Source: Gracilinanus agilis
Taxonomy: Eukaryota
Assembly (NCBI RefSeq): GCF_016433145.1
Contig: NC_058131.1
Coordinates: forward strand, 534,960,168 to 535,024,167
Direction of reading: 5' to 3'
Length of the DNA stretch: 64,000 nt
Below the pieces are notes generated by a model. That model made no database searches, was not told where the DNA came from, and worked only from the letters and a program-made list of their open reading frames with translations. Made by a program: the position numbers and the translations under genes. Shown here in pieces: positions 51,320 to 63,075 of this stretch; position 1 is the stretch's first letter; each line of letters opens with the position of its first letter.

Positions 51320-51590
51320 TATGGTATTATGTAATAATAGCTACTAGCATTTATATATTGTTTTAAGGATTGCCACGTACTTTATATATGCTCTCTCATT
51401 TGATCCTCAAAACAATCCTAAGAAATAAATGCTATTATTATCATCTCAGATTTCAGATAAAGGTGAGATTTCAGATAAGAGAGAGCTTAATTGACTTGCC
51501 CAGTGTCATACCCCTAGTAAGTGAGGCAGAATTTGAACTCAGGTTTTTGGACTATAAGTTCATAACCCTATCTATTGTATCAGATAGCTG
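51320..51590 (-). mobile_element. MIR SINE
   Basis: ctcatttgatcctcaaaacaatcc...tgacttgcccagtgtcatacccctagtaagtgaggcagaatttgaactcagg. Confidence 0.85.
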
Positions 51591-51608
51591 CCTTAACAAA
51601 TATGGGGT

Positions 51609-51803
51609 GGGGGGCAATTAGATGGCTCAGTGGATTGAGGTGAGGTCCGGGGTTCAGATGTGGCCCCAGATACTTCCTGCCTGTGTGACTTTAGGCAAGT
51701 TGCTTAAGCCCCATTGCCTAGCCCTTACTGCTCTTCTACCTTAGAACCAATACATAACATTGATTATATTGATTATAAGATGAAAGATAAAGGTTTAAAA
51801 AAG
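51609..51803 (+). mobile_element. SINE1_Mdo-like element
   Basis: gggggcaattagatggctcagtggattgag...ccattgcctagcccttactgctcttctacc...aaggtttaaaaaa. Confidence 0.85.
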
Positions 51804-52639
51804 TATATGTATGTGTATACATAAATGTGTGTGTGTGTATATATATATATGCCAAATGGAGTTTCTAGTCCACTACTAGCTTACATTTTCATATTATCAT
51901 GATGTTGTCATCATGGAATAAAATAAACTATTAAAATATAAAAATCATTTTTGAAAAATATATATTAAAATTTTTAAAAATCACTTTTAAGTAGAGGTGA
52001 AGATGACTTTTTGTTTTGAAATATGTCATTTCTCTTTCTTATTTTTGCTCATAAAATATTTCTTGGAAGAGATCAACCATAAAGAAGAGAGATAGCTAAG
52101 AGACATTGCCCCAGGTATAAAATAGTCCCATAAAAGTACCAAATACACGAAGGAAGGCAATATGTTGACTAGAAAATTAGGAATAGGAATAGCATGTTTT
52201 TATATAATGCCTTATTTACAATCTCTTTTCTCACCAAAACCTAGAGATGGGTATTATTATCTATTAGAATGTGAGCTCTTTGAAGGCAGAGACTGTCTCA
52301 TTTTAGCACAGATTAAAAATAATTCACACCTCAGAAAGGGAGCCACCATGGCTGAGTTGCTCAGAAATATATAATAGGCTAGATGGAATTTGAGGCTTGA
52401 AGAACAAAGAGAGATATGGAGTAAGGAACAGGTCAGGCTCTGGGTCTTAGCAATGACCTGACTAAAGTTCCCAAGACTTCGGGTCCTTGAGGCAGTGGAC
52501 CTTTACTCTGGGTGAAGGTGATTTGAGAATGAATGAGGGATCTGGGCAAAGTAACAAAGAGAGGTTGCATATGCATGTCTGCTTTCTGGCTACTGAGAAC
52601 AAGCTATGGAGAGTGTAAGAACCAGAAGAGATAAACAGA

Positions 52640-52640
<1 letters not shown>

Positions 52641-52684
<44 letters not shown>
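52641..52684 (+). repeat. (AC)n microsatellite followed by a (GA)-rich tract
   Basis: Direct tandem array. Confidence 0.95.
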
Positions 52685-52686
<2 letters not shown>

Positions 52687-54054
52687 GTGGACAGAAACAG
52701 GGAGACAGAAAGACTGAGAGACAAACAGAGGCAGAGATAAAGAGAAAAACAGAGGGAGGGGTGAATCACATTAGATCAGGGGAAAGCAGCAGACACTACA
52801 GGAAAAGATATTTTTCTGTACAGTCTGTTCAGACACCTGAGACATTCTCCATATCTCTAGACAGAGTATGAGTCTCAGAGAAGATTTTTTTTCCTTTGGC
52901 TACTCATTTAGACATGAGACTCAAATCTCTAGAGGGTACAAACTGAGTGTTTTCTCATCCTCTTACTACTTGTTTTAGTTCTAAATAAGCATTTTGCTTC
53001 TAAAATATGTATGTCTTATTTGGACAACTGGTTTGGTACAACTTCAGTTAAATGACCTTAGAAGTTTCCAACTAAGCAGAGGTGGGTATCAAGACAAAAG
53101 AATTATACTTACCATCCAATAGGCCTTACAGATTCAGGTAATAGTTAAAGTAGTTAGTAATATCTCCCTACACATATTTATAAATATATTTATGTGAAAC
53201 AAAATAGTCAATATATTTGATTATCCTGCTGAACGTTTCTCACCCTGTGATGGTCTCCATAGTGCCTAGGTAGTTAAAGAATTATATTCAAAAAAGTTCC
53301 TGTCATCTGACTCACCTCTCTCCATCTCTAAATTGCCTTTAATAAAATTCTATGTAGTGACAGGCTTACAGCTGAATTTGGGGATGTCTCTGGGGCAACC
53401 ATTTGACTTTCTGGTGAATTCTTAGTACAGACTTGAAGTGTGAGTCTGTGGTTTGGATTTGCCCTATAAGGTCAGCACACTTGAGGCTGCTGGATAAGCA
53501 AAACCTTCTCTGTGGGATCTGTATCTTTGCTCTCCAGGTAGAACATTGTTTGGGAACTTTCTTTCTCCAAGATGCATGCTACATCAGGAATTTCCCCTCT
53601 CTTTGGAATGTCTGGTTTCTGAACTCTCAACTTTAGAGAGAGCACCATGAGGCACTCCTCAAGAGTACTGCTCAGGAAATTTCCATTTTTTGACAAGAAG
53701 GCTATATTCTGGTATCTTATTACAATTGAAATTCAAAATATCCTCTCCAAATTGGAATTTGGAGTTCTGAATAATGTCCATAAATATTTTTTATGAGTTT
53801 TAAACCTACCAAGTATGCAAGATCTGCTGTTGCCAAAAAATCTACTAAAACCCTATTGTTGTTCTCTTCTGGACCCAGAATGTCTACTATTGGGCTCTTT
53901 CTTCACAGGCCATATGTCGCTTTCATGTACTCTTTCTCAACAGCAACCATTTTCTAGCCCCTGGAAAAAAGAATTGCATCTTTGTAGTGAAGTAATGGTG
54001 AACATGTATGGACTCTCCACATATCTTTGAACAAAAGCTCAGAAAACTATAACC

Positions 54055-55090
54055 TAATGAAGTTCATAAATCAGTAACATTTAACATGTACCTACTATGT
54101 GCCAGGGACTGTATTAAGCAATGGAGACACCAAAAAGAAGCAAAAAATTATCCCTGACCTCAAAGAGTTTAATATTTAACAAGGGAGCGAACATGTACAT
54201 AAATAGATACAAAGCAAGCTATATCTATATATATATGATAAATTGGAAATAATTGAGAAAGGGAAGGCACTGGAATTAAGAAGATTTGGAGAAGATATCC
54301 CATGAGATTTTAGTTAAGACTCAAAGAAAAACAAGGTGGTCAGTAGTAAGAATAGAGAGTAAAAGGAATTCCAGGAATGGAGAGCAGCCAGACAAATGCT
54401 CAAAACCAAGAAATGAAATGTCTTGTACATGGAACAGACAAGAGGCAATGTCACTAGATTAAACAGTATGTAAAGGGGAGCAAGGTATAAGAAGACTGAG
54501 AGAATGTTGCCCCAAAAACCTAGAGAGAAGAGAGTATCAAGTAGGAGAGAGAGAGGGTAATCAACAGTCAAAGCCTGCAGAGAAGTCAAGGAGAATGAGG
54601 ATTGAGAAAAGGTCAATGGATTTGGCAATTAAGAGATTATTAATAATTTTGGAGAGAGCAGTTTAGGTTGAATGATAATATTGGAAGCTATGTTATAAGG
54701 GGTTAAGACAGTGAGGAAAGAGAAAGTGAAGGCAAAAATTATAGGTGATTTTTTAAAAGAGTTTAGCTGGAAAGGGAAGAAAAGAGAATGATAGTGGAGA
54801 TAGATCAAGTGAACATTTTTTCAGGACTGAAGAGACATGGACATATTTGCATGCAGTAGGGAATGAGTCAGTAGATAGAGAGGAAATGAAAATAACCTAA
54901 AGAGTGGTGATGTAAGAGATAGAATGGAAGTGGAGATAGAATGAAATAGGATCACATGAACAAATAGAAGAGTTAGTCATGTTAAAGAATATGGCTGCTT
55001 CAGAAGGTGAGATGGGGTGAAGGAAAAGATGGTGGTAAAAAGCATCTCAATGAAAAGAGGTAAGGAAGAGGGGAAGAGAGGGAGCACATA
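54055..55090 (-). mobile_element. L2 fragment (about 1 kb)
   Basis: acctactatgtgccagggactgtattaagc...gattgagaaaaggtcaatggatttggcaattaagagattattaataattttggagagagcagttt. Confidence 0.88.
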
Positions 55091-55329
55091 GTAAAGCAAT
55101 TCATCAAGTCGATTGGTTCCTCCCTTGATCACCCCACCCTCACACTGCTACATTTATACCTAAAATGAATTTGAAGGAAATTTGAGAATTTCAAGAATTT
55201 TACAGACAGTGAAATAAAGTTAATCCTTATCATTTGTACATTTAACTTTTGTCACTTTAAGCATTCTCTTTATTCCATCAGTAACTTCATTTTCACTTTC
55301 ATGTAGGCAACACTGCACATTTCCAGCTG

Positions 55330-56330
55330 TGTGCAGTAGAGAAAAAATTGTTCAGTAAATGAAAACAGCTATGAGGTACCACCTCATACCCATCAGACTG
55401 GCTAAGATGACAAAAAAAATGATAAATGTTGGAGAGAATGTGGCAAACTGGGACACTAATACATTGTTGATGGAGCTATGAACCGATACAACCATTTGGA
55501 ACCAGTCCCAAAGGATTACAAAACTATGCGTACCCTTTGACCCACTAATACCATTACTAACTCTATATCCCAATGAGAGCAAAGAATGGGAGAAAGAACC
55601 TACTTGTACAAAAATATTTTTAGCAGTTCTTTTTGTGATTGCCAAGAACTGGAAACTGAAGGGTTGTTCATTAATTGAGAAATGACTAAACAAGTTGTGT
55701 TGTATGGTTGAGACAGAATACCACTATACCACAAAAAATGACAAACAAGACAATCACAAAAAAAACTAGAAGACTTATATGAAATGATGCAAAGTCAATC
55801 AAGCAGAATGAGAACTTTGTACAAAGTAATAGCAATAATGTATGATGATTTAATCATGAATGAATTAAATACTATTAGTAATACAAGGATCTAGGACAGT
55901 GATGGTGAACCTTTTAGTGACTGAGTGCCCAGTTGGGCTGCTGGGCAGAAGGACAGATAAAGTGAAAAAATGTCCTCAGGCATGGTGGAGCAGGGGACAG
56001 GAGCAGCCCCCTGTTGCATGCATGCCACAGGTTCGCCAACATGGATCTAGGACAACTTCAAAGGACTATCTGATGCCTTAGAAGTAACTGATGGAGTCTG
56101 AATGTGGATTGAAGCATACCTTTCTTTACTTTACTTCCTCCATGAATTTTTCTCTAGTTTAAGCAATATGGCTTTTCTTACATAACATAATGAATATGGA
56201 AATATTTTTGCATAATAATTCACATACAACCTTTGAACAAGAAAATTATATAAATATATTTCATTATCACATAGAACTTTGATAAAAGTAGATTAGGACA
56301 TAGAAAGTACAAATATTTTTAAAGGCAGAT
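55330..56330 (+). mobile_element. L1 3' end interrupted by a hAT MITE
   Basis: gaggtaccacctcatacccatcagactggctaagatgacaaaa...gaaatgatgcaaagtcaatcaagcagaatgag. Confidence 0.9.
55897..56044. mobile_element. hAT MITE (148 bp) with hAT1-type TIRs
   Basis: Left TIR CAGTGATGGTGAACCT; right TIR (reverse complement) CCATGTTGGCGAACCT. Perfect TSD ATCTAGGA (55889-55896 and 56045-56052). The L1 sequence resumes after it. Confidence 0.88.
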
Positions 56331-56759
56331 ATTCTAAACACAACCATTACAAATCATACTACAATAAAATTGTAATCAAGACTGAATTACAAGATTCTAT
56401 AGTTTAGAGAATATATTTATTAAATACTTAGTATATGTCAGACATAGTATTAAGTGCTAGGAATACAAATACAAACAAAAGGACACCCCAATCCTCAAGG
56501 AGCTTCTAGTAGGAAAAAAATAATACATGAAAAGAAGCTTGAAAAGGGTGAGGGGAAGATAGTCACCTGGGGGTCATGGCAGAAAATTAATCTAGAACAT
56601 AGTGGGCTAAGCTGATTTAGAAATAATTATCACTGGTATAGGTACTTCCTTAAATGGAAATTTTGGAGGAAGAACTCATCATTCAGAATTGAAGCCTACA
56701 GGAGTGTATGCATTGCTAAGCAACAAAAAGATACCTGAATGAAGATATAATAATGACAT

Positions 56760-57400
56760 CTGGAACACATTTGGAATATTGGGTTTACTTTCAGCTCTCT
56801 GACTGTTTTCTCATTTTTAAAAAAGAAGAGTAATAACAGCAGCTACCTAACCAGATTGTTTAGAGATCAAATAAGACAATGTATGTAAAACACTTTGTAT
56901 ACCTTAGAGCAAAATATAACTATCAGTTCTTATTATTCTGAATACCACATTTTAGGAAGGACATTGATAAGCAAAAAAACCTCAAAAAACCTAAGAGAAT
57001 GGCCAACAAAGCAATAAAAATCTTTAGATAATACTTCAATGGATCAGATAAAAGACAAGATAGTATTTATCTTTGAGAAGACTTAATGGTGACATATTAC
57101 TTTTGTGCAAGTATATGAAAAGCTGTCCTAAAGAAACTTTTTTCTGTTGAATTCTTAAAGTAAAAAATGAGGTATAATAAGTGAAAATTGCAAAGAAAAA
57201 AATGTAAACAATGTCATAGGGAAAACATTTCTTCTTATCAATTAGATCTATCCAAAAATGAAATGCGTTGTTTCAGGAACTAGTGAGTTGGATGACTAAC
57301 CATTTGTTCAGAGTTTTAGAGGGTATAATCATTTTTTATGGGTTGGCCACTCAGGAGGCCACTGAGATTCCTTCCCACTCTGAAATTCTGTTATTCTGTG
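56760..57400 (+). mobile_element. MIR (56760-56940) followed by an L3/CR1 3' fragment
   Basis: ttaggaaggacattgataag...ctatccaaaaatgaaatgcgttgtttcaggaactagtgagt. Confidence 0.7.
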
Positions 57401-57699
57401 ATGTCTTTTCAGTTCTAAAAGTGTATTAGAAAACACATTCATATAAGAGATGATTAAATATAGAATTGATAAATAAATCAGCAGATTTCCATGGAAAGAA
57501 TGCTAGATATAGTTAGAGGATCTAATAGAGTGGTTGGTAAGAATCAGATTAAAAAATGTCTTAGTTTTTAGAGTTTTATTTGCTGTATAGTGTTTATGGT
57601 TCTCCCTTTCTGGATTATTGCCTTATTGTTGTAGAGGGGCTTGAATAGCTTAATGAAACTATGAGTTATGCTGTGCAGTTACCTAAGACAGATCATATT

Positions 57700-57890
57700 A
57701 TAGAGCACTGAAAAAGGTGATCCACCAGAGATGGAAATGGCAAACCACTTTAGTATCTTTGCCAGAAAAATCTCATGGACAATATCAAAATGCTAAAAAA
57801 TATGAATTTGGAATAGTAACCCCTCAGGTCAGAAACAGTGTGCTATGATCCATGGGGTCATTAAGAATTGGACATGTCTGAACAGTAACA
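57700..57890 (+). mobile_element. RTE-related SINE or LINE tail
   Basis: gatggaaatggcaaaccactttagtatctttgccag...tccatggggtcattaagaattggacatgtctgaacag. Confidence 0.75.
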
Positions 57891-58580
57891 AATTTATGGT
57901 ATTATATCTTTCATGTGTTAAGAGAAAATGAATATTGTCTGAAACTAATGTTTTTGTTATTTATTGAAATACTCAAAAAGTCATAGAACACACGCAAAAA
58001 ATTTATTGAGATACACAAAAGGTCATAGAATTCTAGGGAATTACTATTGAGAAAAAATGTTTTGCATGTTACCAATTTTATTTTGTGTAATGCATTTTAT
58101 GAATTATTTCATGGTTACTATGTTAAAAAAGTGAATATTATCAGAATTAATGATTTGTTATAAGAAATTCTATGTAAAAAGTATATATTTTCAGAAATCT
58201 CTAATGAAAGATTATAGTTTTTGGTAATCACAGGAACCTAACTCCCAATTTCCCATAAGTTGAATGTATCAGCATTCATGTGCTGGACTTTGGCACTATT
58301 TTCTAGGAATTTTACCCCATTGGGAGCTGAGGATTGACTATATAGTGAAGAGTACTTAATGTGGAAGTCAGAGGGCCTGGACTAGTAACCCAACTTCCCT
58401 TTTTCCTACCTTTGTGATTTTGGTCAAATATCTGAGCCTTAGTTGCTTCATCTATAAAATGAAGGGTCCTTGCCATATTATCTGTAAGGTTTCTTCTACT
58501 TCTAATTCTGTGATCTGGTGTTTAAATCTCTCATCTAGATCACCTGGCAAGTGTGTAAATGGTACATGACACATACCTGT

Positions 58581-59212
58581 TGTGATAATTAGAGTAAGTC
58601 TACACTGCCCATCTTTAGATTTAATCACCAAAGGTGAGAACACTTCTAATTCTGGGAGGTTCTAACCCATGTGTGCTCAAGTGGGTGACCAATCAGAATT
58701 AACTGACTGCCCCCTAGGCAGTACTATGAGAAGTGTCTATTGTGATTGGACATGCAAATTAGGAGGGAGGCACAGGAAGTGATGCATAAGTGACCCCTTT
58801 AAAAAAAGAAGGTCCTCAGTCAGCTGGGAGCTTCTGGTGAAGAGGGTGGCTGATGAAGGAGCTCTTCTGGTCAGTGAAGGAGTGTTGAGACCTTAGAGAG
58901 ACTACTTTAAATATCTTCTTTCAAATTCCACGTGGTGAGTTTAAAGACCGAATCTTTCTGAACTTCTCTTAAGAAACTTCTTTTAATAGACTCTGTGAAT
59001 GAATTTTTGCTTCATTCACCTTCAGGCCTCTTACCTACTGAGTTAGATTCTTATTTCCTTATTTCCTCTCTCTCTTCTTAATTGTAAATAAACTTCCATA
59101 AAAGTTAATTTTGACTTGAGATTATTCTTAATTGAGGATTGATAATAGTTCAATCCTCTGGCGACCATCTTTTAATATATTGAACCCAAAAAACCCCTTT
59201 TTCCCCCTTACA
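58581..59212 (+). mobile_element. Solo ERV LTR (about 630 bp)
   Basis: TGTGA...TTACA termini. CCAAT (58689), octamer ATGCAAAT (58752), ETS CAGGAAGTG (58773), TTTAAAA (58798), AATAAA (59087). Flanks CTGT / TTGT (3 of 4 match). Confidence 0.8.
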
Positions 59213-60299
59213 TTGTTCTCCTCTGGAACTTTATAACAATAGCAATTTTATTAGAATACTTATAAAAACTCAGTGTTCATTAATGTCTTCTGAGTTGTTG
59301 CTATTGATGAAGATGATGATGATGTTGTTTGGGGATTGGAGAAATGGCATAAGTCAGGAACTGAAAATTCTTGTATTTCAGGAAATCTATTAAGAGTAAA
59401 GAAGCAGAATTAAAAATCCAACTAGAAACATAGTTCAAAGGAAACCTGACTGCTAGAACACATAAGTAGTCAATAGTAAGAACTTCATTGCTTGCTTTTC
59501 TATAATGGGCATCCTTTCTTAATTAGTTTCCTCTATGAATTGTACTTGGAAATGTAGGAAGGTAGTCAAAGGATCTGGGATAGGGGAAGGTGGAGATATA
59601 AGATCCCATGCTCATTTACCCCAACAATATGGCAAAAGGGATCAGTCTCTTATGCTTAGTTCCTGCAATTGCTACTGTGGGGGACTCCTTCCATTTCTAG
59701 TTAAGTTACTTTGAGAGAGCTCTTTAATCTCATGCTCCTTTTCCCAACTCTCTTGTTTCATTCCTCCTGCTCCTCACAGAATGGCATGAAATAAGAATAG
59801 CCCTAAACAAAATTATAAAGTAGAAAGAGATCGTTTTTGGTACCACCTGCCTACTGATTCTTTGTCTTTCGAGGTACTCTTTCCTCAACCCTTCATAACT
59901 ATACCCTCTCTTTACACCAAACATGATTTCAAGAAACAAGTTGATGAGTTCAAGAAACTCATTCAGAATTATGTAAAAATCACTGATTTCAATACTTATG
60001 ATGGATCTCATTCATGTGGGTACTTCTTTCTTCTCATCCTAATTTTTATCCTTCCTTAAATAACCCATCTACAAATTTACTGGCACCCTTCCACTTGGTA
60101 TTCTCTTATTTTGTATACACCAATGTTACATTTGTATTTTGGGGTATCTACAACTTTGATTCTTCCTAGTTCATACTATTACATGATTTATAACCATATG
60201 GGATTACTAGAGAATGCAGATGTTCAAAAGATGTGCTTCTAATTATAATTGAACAAATCAAATTATGTATCGGTTAAAATATGTATTAAAGACCTTCAT

Positions 60300-60720
60300 A
60301 ACAACCTTTCTAATCATATTTTACATTCTCCCCTTTGTATTCTATATAGTCCAGCTAATTCCTTGCACATAAGATTCCATCTCCCATATTGGTGTTTTTA
60401 CACTGGTTTCCTCTCATGCTTGGAATTCATTCCCTCTTCATGCTCACCTATTTTTAAAAATTATTGATATATATATTTTATATTAACACAATTTCTGCCA
60501 AACACCCCCTTCCCAGAAGGTCATCCTATATAACAAGAAATATTTTTTTAAAGAAACAACAAAAAGATGAATAGAAAAACACCAGCAAAACCAAGAGGTT
60601 GATTAAGTCTGAAAATAGCTATCTCTGTGACACCTTTCTCATGAAGTCCTTTCTGATCTCAGTACCCTTTCCAAAAGCTTGTTCCTTTTTCCTCTAAAAA
60701 TTACCTTGTATATAATGAAA
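60300..60720. mobile_element. L2 fragments (+) flanking an L1 tail fragment (-)
   Basis: cctctcatgcttggaattc; catgaagtcctttctgatctc; cccttcccagaaggtcatcctatataac. Confidence 0.55.
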
Positions 60721-61018
60721 TCAATATTTTGGGGTTTATCTTATTTGGTTGTGTTTCCAGAAAGCTGCAGGTAACAGCAAAGGGCTGATTAATGGAATGC
60801 TAAAGGATCATTTAAATGATCTTAAAATAAGGAATACCTTGCTTTCTTCTGGCAGAAAAATGGAAACAGTTATTATTAACACACGCTACTTTGAAGTGAA
60901 CAAAAAAATAGGGAAAAGATCAATGTACCAGAAATTAGATACCCAGTTAAAGGCATACAAAAAAATTTTTTTTTGTTTCAAAAATCTATAGAAACCTGGA
61001 AAAGAATTCATCATTTAC

Positions 61019-61211
61019 CAGTGGTTCCCAAACTTTTTTGGCCTACCACCCCCTTTCCAGAAAAAATATTACTTAGTCCCCTGGAAATTAATTTTTTTTT
61101 AATTTTAATAACAATTAATAGGAAAGATAAATGCACCTGTGGCCATCACCTCTCCCCTGGATCGCTGCAGTACCAACCAGGGGGCAGTAATGGCCACTTT
61201 GGAAATCACTG
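61019..61211. mobile_element. hAT MITE (193 bp), reverse-oriented copy of the 15508 family
   Basis: CAGTGGTTCCCAAACT...TTTGGAAATCACTG. Right flank ATTTAGAC; left flank CATTTAC (imperfect TSD). Confidence 0.92.
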
Positions 61212-61224
61212 ATTTAGACAAAAG

Positions 61225-61955
61225 TAGGGAGTAGTCTATTGATTGGACCTATGATTTCATTGGTTAAGTTAGCTCCTGGTAAGAAACTTTTTCTACTAAT
61301 GCAGGTTTGCATCTTCTTTGTAACCTACATTGTCTTAGAAAGCTGCCTAGAGCATTGAAAAGCTGTTATAGCCAAAAAAGCTTATAGAAATATTATAGCT
61401 TATAGCTTATAAGAATATTATGGCCAAAAAACTAAGCTTGGCAATTAAGCAGGGGGTTTTGGATAACGTTATGCCCAAGCGGGTCAGTTATCTCTCTGAC
61501 TCAAAGCAGGTCAGTTATCTCTCTGACTCAAGGTTCCAGGGACACAACTCCTGGCTGACAGCCTCGGGACACAACTCCTAAACGGAACAACCTTGAAGAT
61601 TAAGAATCATATCCTGTGGTACCTGAAAAGCATCCCCTACTCCCTCCGTCTAGCTATTAGCTCACCCTAAGACAAAGGCACCTATATCCTGGAAACATAT
61701 ATATTCCCTCTTCTGAATGCACGCTTCGGGACTCTCTTTGATGAGTTTCCCCAGTGCGTACTGGCAATAAAGCTTTCTCCTGCTTTGATTGCATTGTCTC
61801 ATGTGTTCCTCTGGAGGCCACCCATTTTGAACCCTAACAAAGCTAAGTGATTTGTTCAGGGTCATGCAGTCAGTTTGTGTCAGAGATGAAATTTGAACCT
61901 AGATTTTCCTGTATTTGTGACCAACTCTATCCATTTGATCAGTGCTGCCTTTCAG
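61225..61955 (+). mobile_element. MdoRep1-like SINE split by an LTR insertion
   Basis: aagaaactttttctactaatgcagg...gaaagctgcctagagcattgaaaagc [LTR] taagtgatttgttcagggtcatgcagtcagtttgtgtcagag. Confidence 0.65.
61364..61839 (+). mobile_element. Solo ERV1-type LTR (476 bp)
   Basis: TGTTA...TAACA inverted termini. Perfect 4-bp TSD AAGC (61360-61363 and 61840-61843). TATATAT at 61698; AATAAA at 61766. Confidence 0.92.
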
Positions 61956-62860
61956 ATTTATTTGGGGAAACTGTTGACATTTTTTCAGGAAATGAAGTTA
62001 GTCTTACTTTTCATACCATATACCTCACTCTGAATTCCAACATAATGATAAATAGGATAAATACATTATTTAAATTTCTTCCATCTTTGTATAGTTCTTT
62101 TTACGTTTAATTATGAAGGATTGCTTTTTTAAATTTTTAATTGATGGTTTAAATTAAAGATAAGATAGTAGTATTTGATAATATGAATTTTTAAAAAGTC
62201 TATGGCAAAAAAGTATATTGTCAAAAAACAAACAACATATTAGATTGGGAAAATGTTTATGGCAAATATGAGTTAAATATTTGACATCCAAAACATATAG
62301 GAAACTGTGCTTAACACAGTGCCTCACACATAGAAGAAACTTAATAAACACTAGCTGCCTGACAGAGTTAAAATGTCATAATAGTTATTGTAATCAGGGC
62401 TCTAAAGTCATAGCTTTCTTAGCTGGATTCAATGTCGGGATGAAATGAGGCCCTCACAAAGCAATTAATGTTTAACAAAGGAGAAGGTTTACTTTGCTTA
62501 CACACATCAAGGATACAGAACAAGGTATAGTGAGTCCTATAACAGGCACCCACCAACTGTCAGATGCTCCAGGTCCACATGGTTTGGGCCCTAAGCCAGG
62601 AAAACTACATCAGAGAAGCTGAGGACAATCAGGATCTGTGAGGGGAATTTGTGATGTGTTCACCAGGGAAGTTGCTATGGAAGTTGAGGCTGAAGGAAAT
62701 TCTCTGTGGGAAGAAAGCTCCATTAAGATCAAGAGAATCTGTGTCAGGAAACCATTGCCCATTACCACAATAACTCCCCAAACACAAAGAACGAATGGTC
62801 AAAAGCTATCACCAGCCTATTTACAAGGAGGAGCCAAATTTTGAATAAATAATCTTAAAC

Positions 62861-63075
62861 CAGTGATGGGCAAACTATGGCTGGCGGGCCAGATGTGGGC
62901 CCTTGAAATGTTCTATCCGGCTGTGCAACATTATTCCTAATCTGACAAATACAATGAGTAGGATACAATACAATGAAATACAATGAAACTTGGAAAGAGT
63001 TGCCTTAGAAACAGATTGACAGATGAGCATTTCCTTTTCATTGGCCCCCCTCTTTAAAAAGTTTGCCCATCACTG
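62861..63075. mobile_element. hAT MITE (215 bp) with perfect 16-bp TIRs
   Basis: CAGTGATGGGCAAACT at both ends. Perfect TSD TCTTAAAC (62853-62860 and 63076-63083). Confidence 0.96.

Noticed and set aside
4648-51480. Short local duplications (for example 4648-4682, 14327-14349, 31919-31950, 49424-49457, 50929-50950 and 51447-51478)
   Set aside because: Ordinary replication-slippage microduplications with no shared motif or spacing.
53244-53265. 22-nt minus-strand micro-exon (TMETIT) and a nearby donor at about 53112
   Set aside because: Splice-like hexamers are common in 64 kb, the length is not frame-preserving, and there is no other support.
61477-61579. CRISPR-like direct repeats
   Set aside because: Only two copies each, directly tandem or nearly so, inside an LTR in a eukaryotic genome; there are no cas genes.
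62384-62775. Possible LTR or TIR element bounded by a 9-bp inverted repeat AGTTATTGT/ACAATAACT
   Set aside because: No target-site duplication or convincing TATA/poly(A) layout found, and a 9-bp inverted match can arise by chance. Left unannotated.
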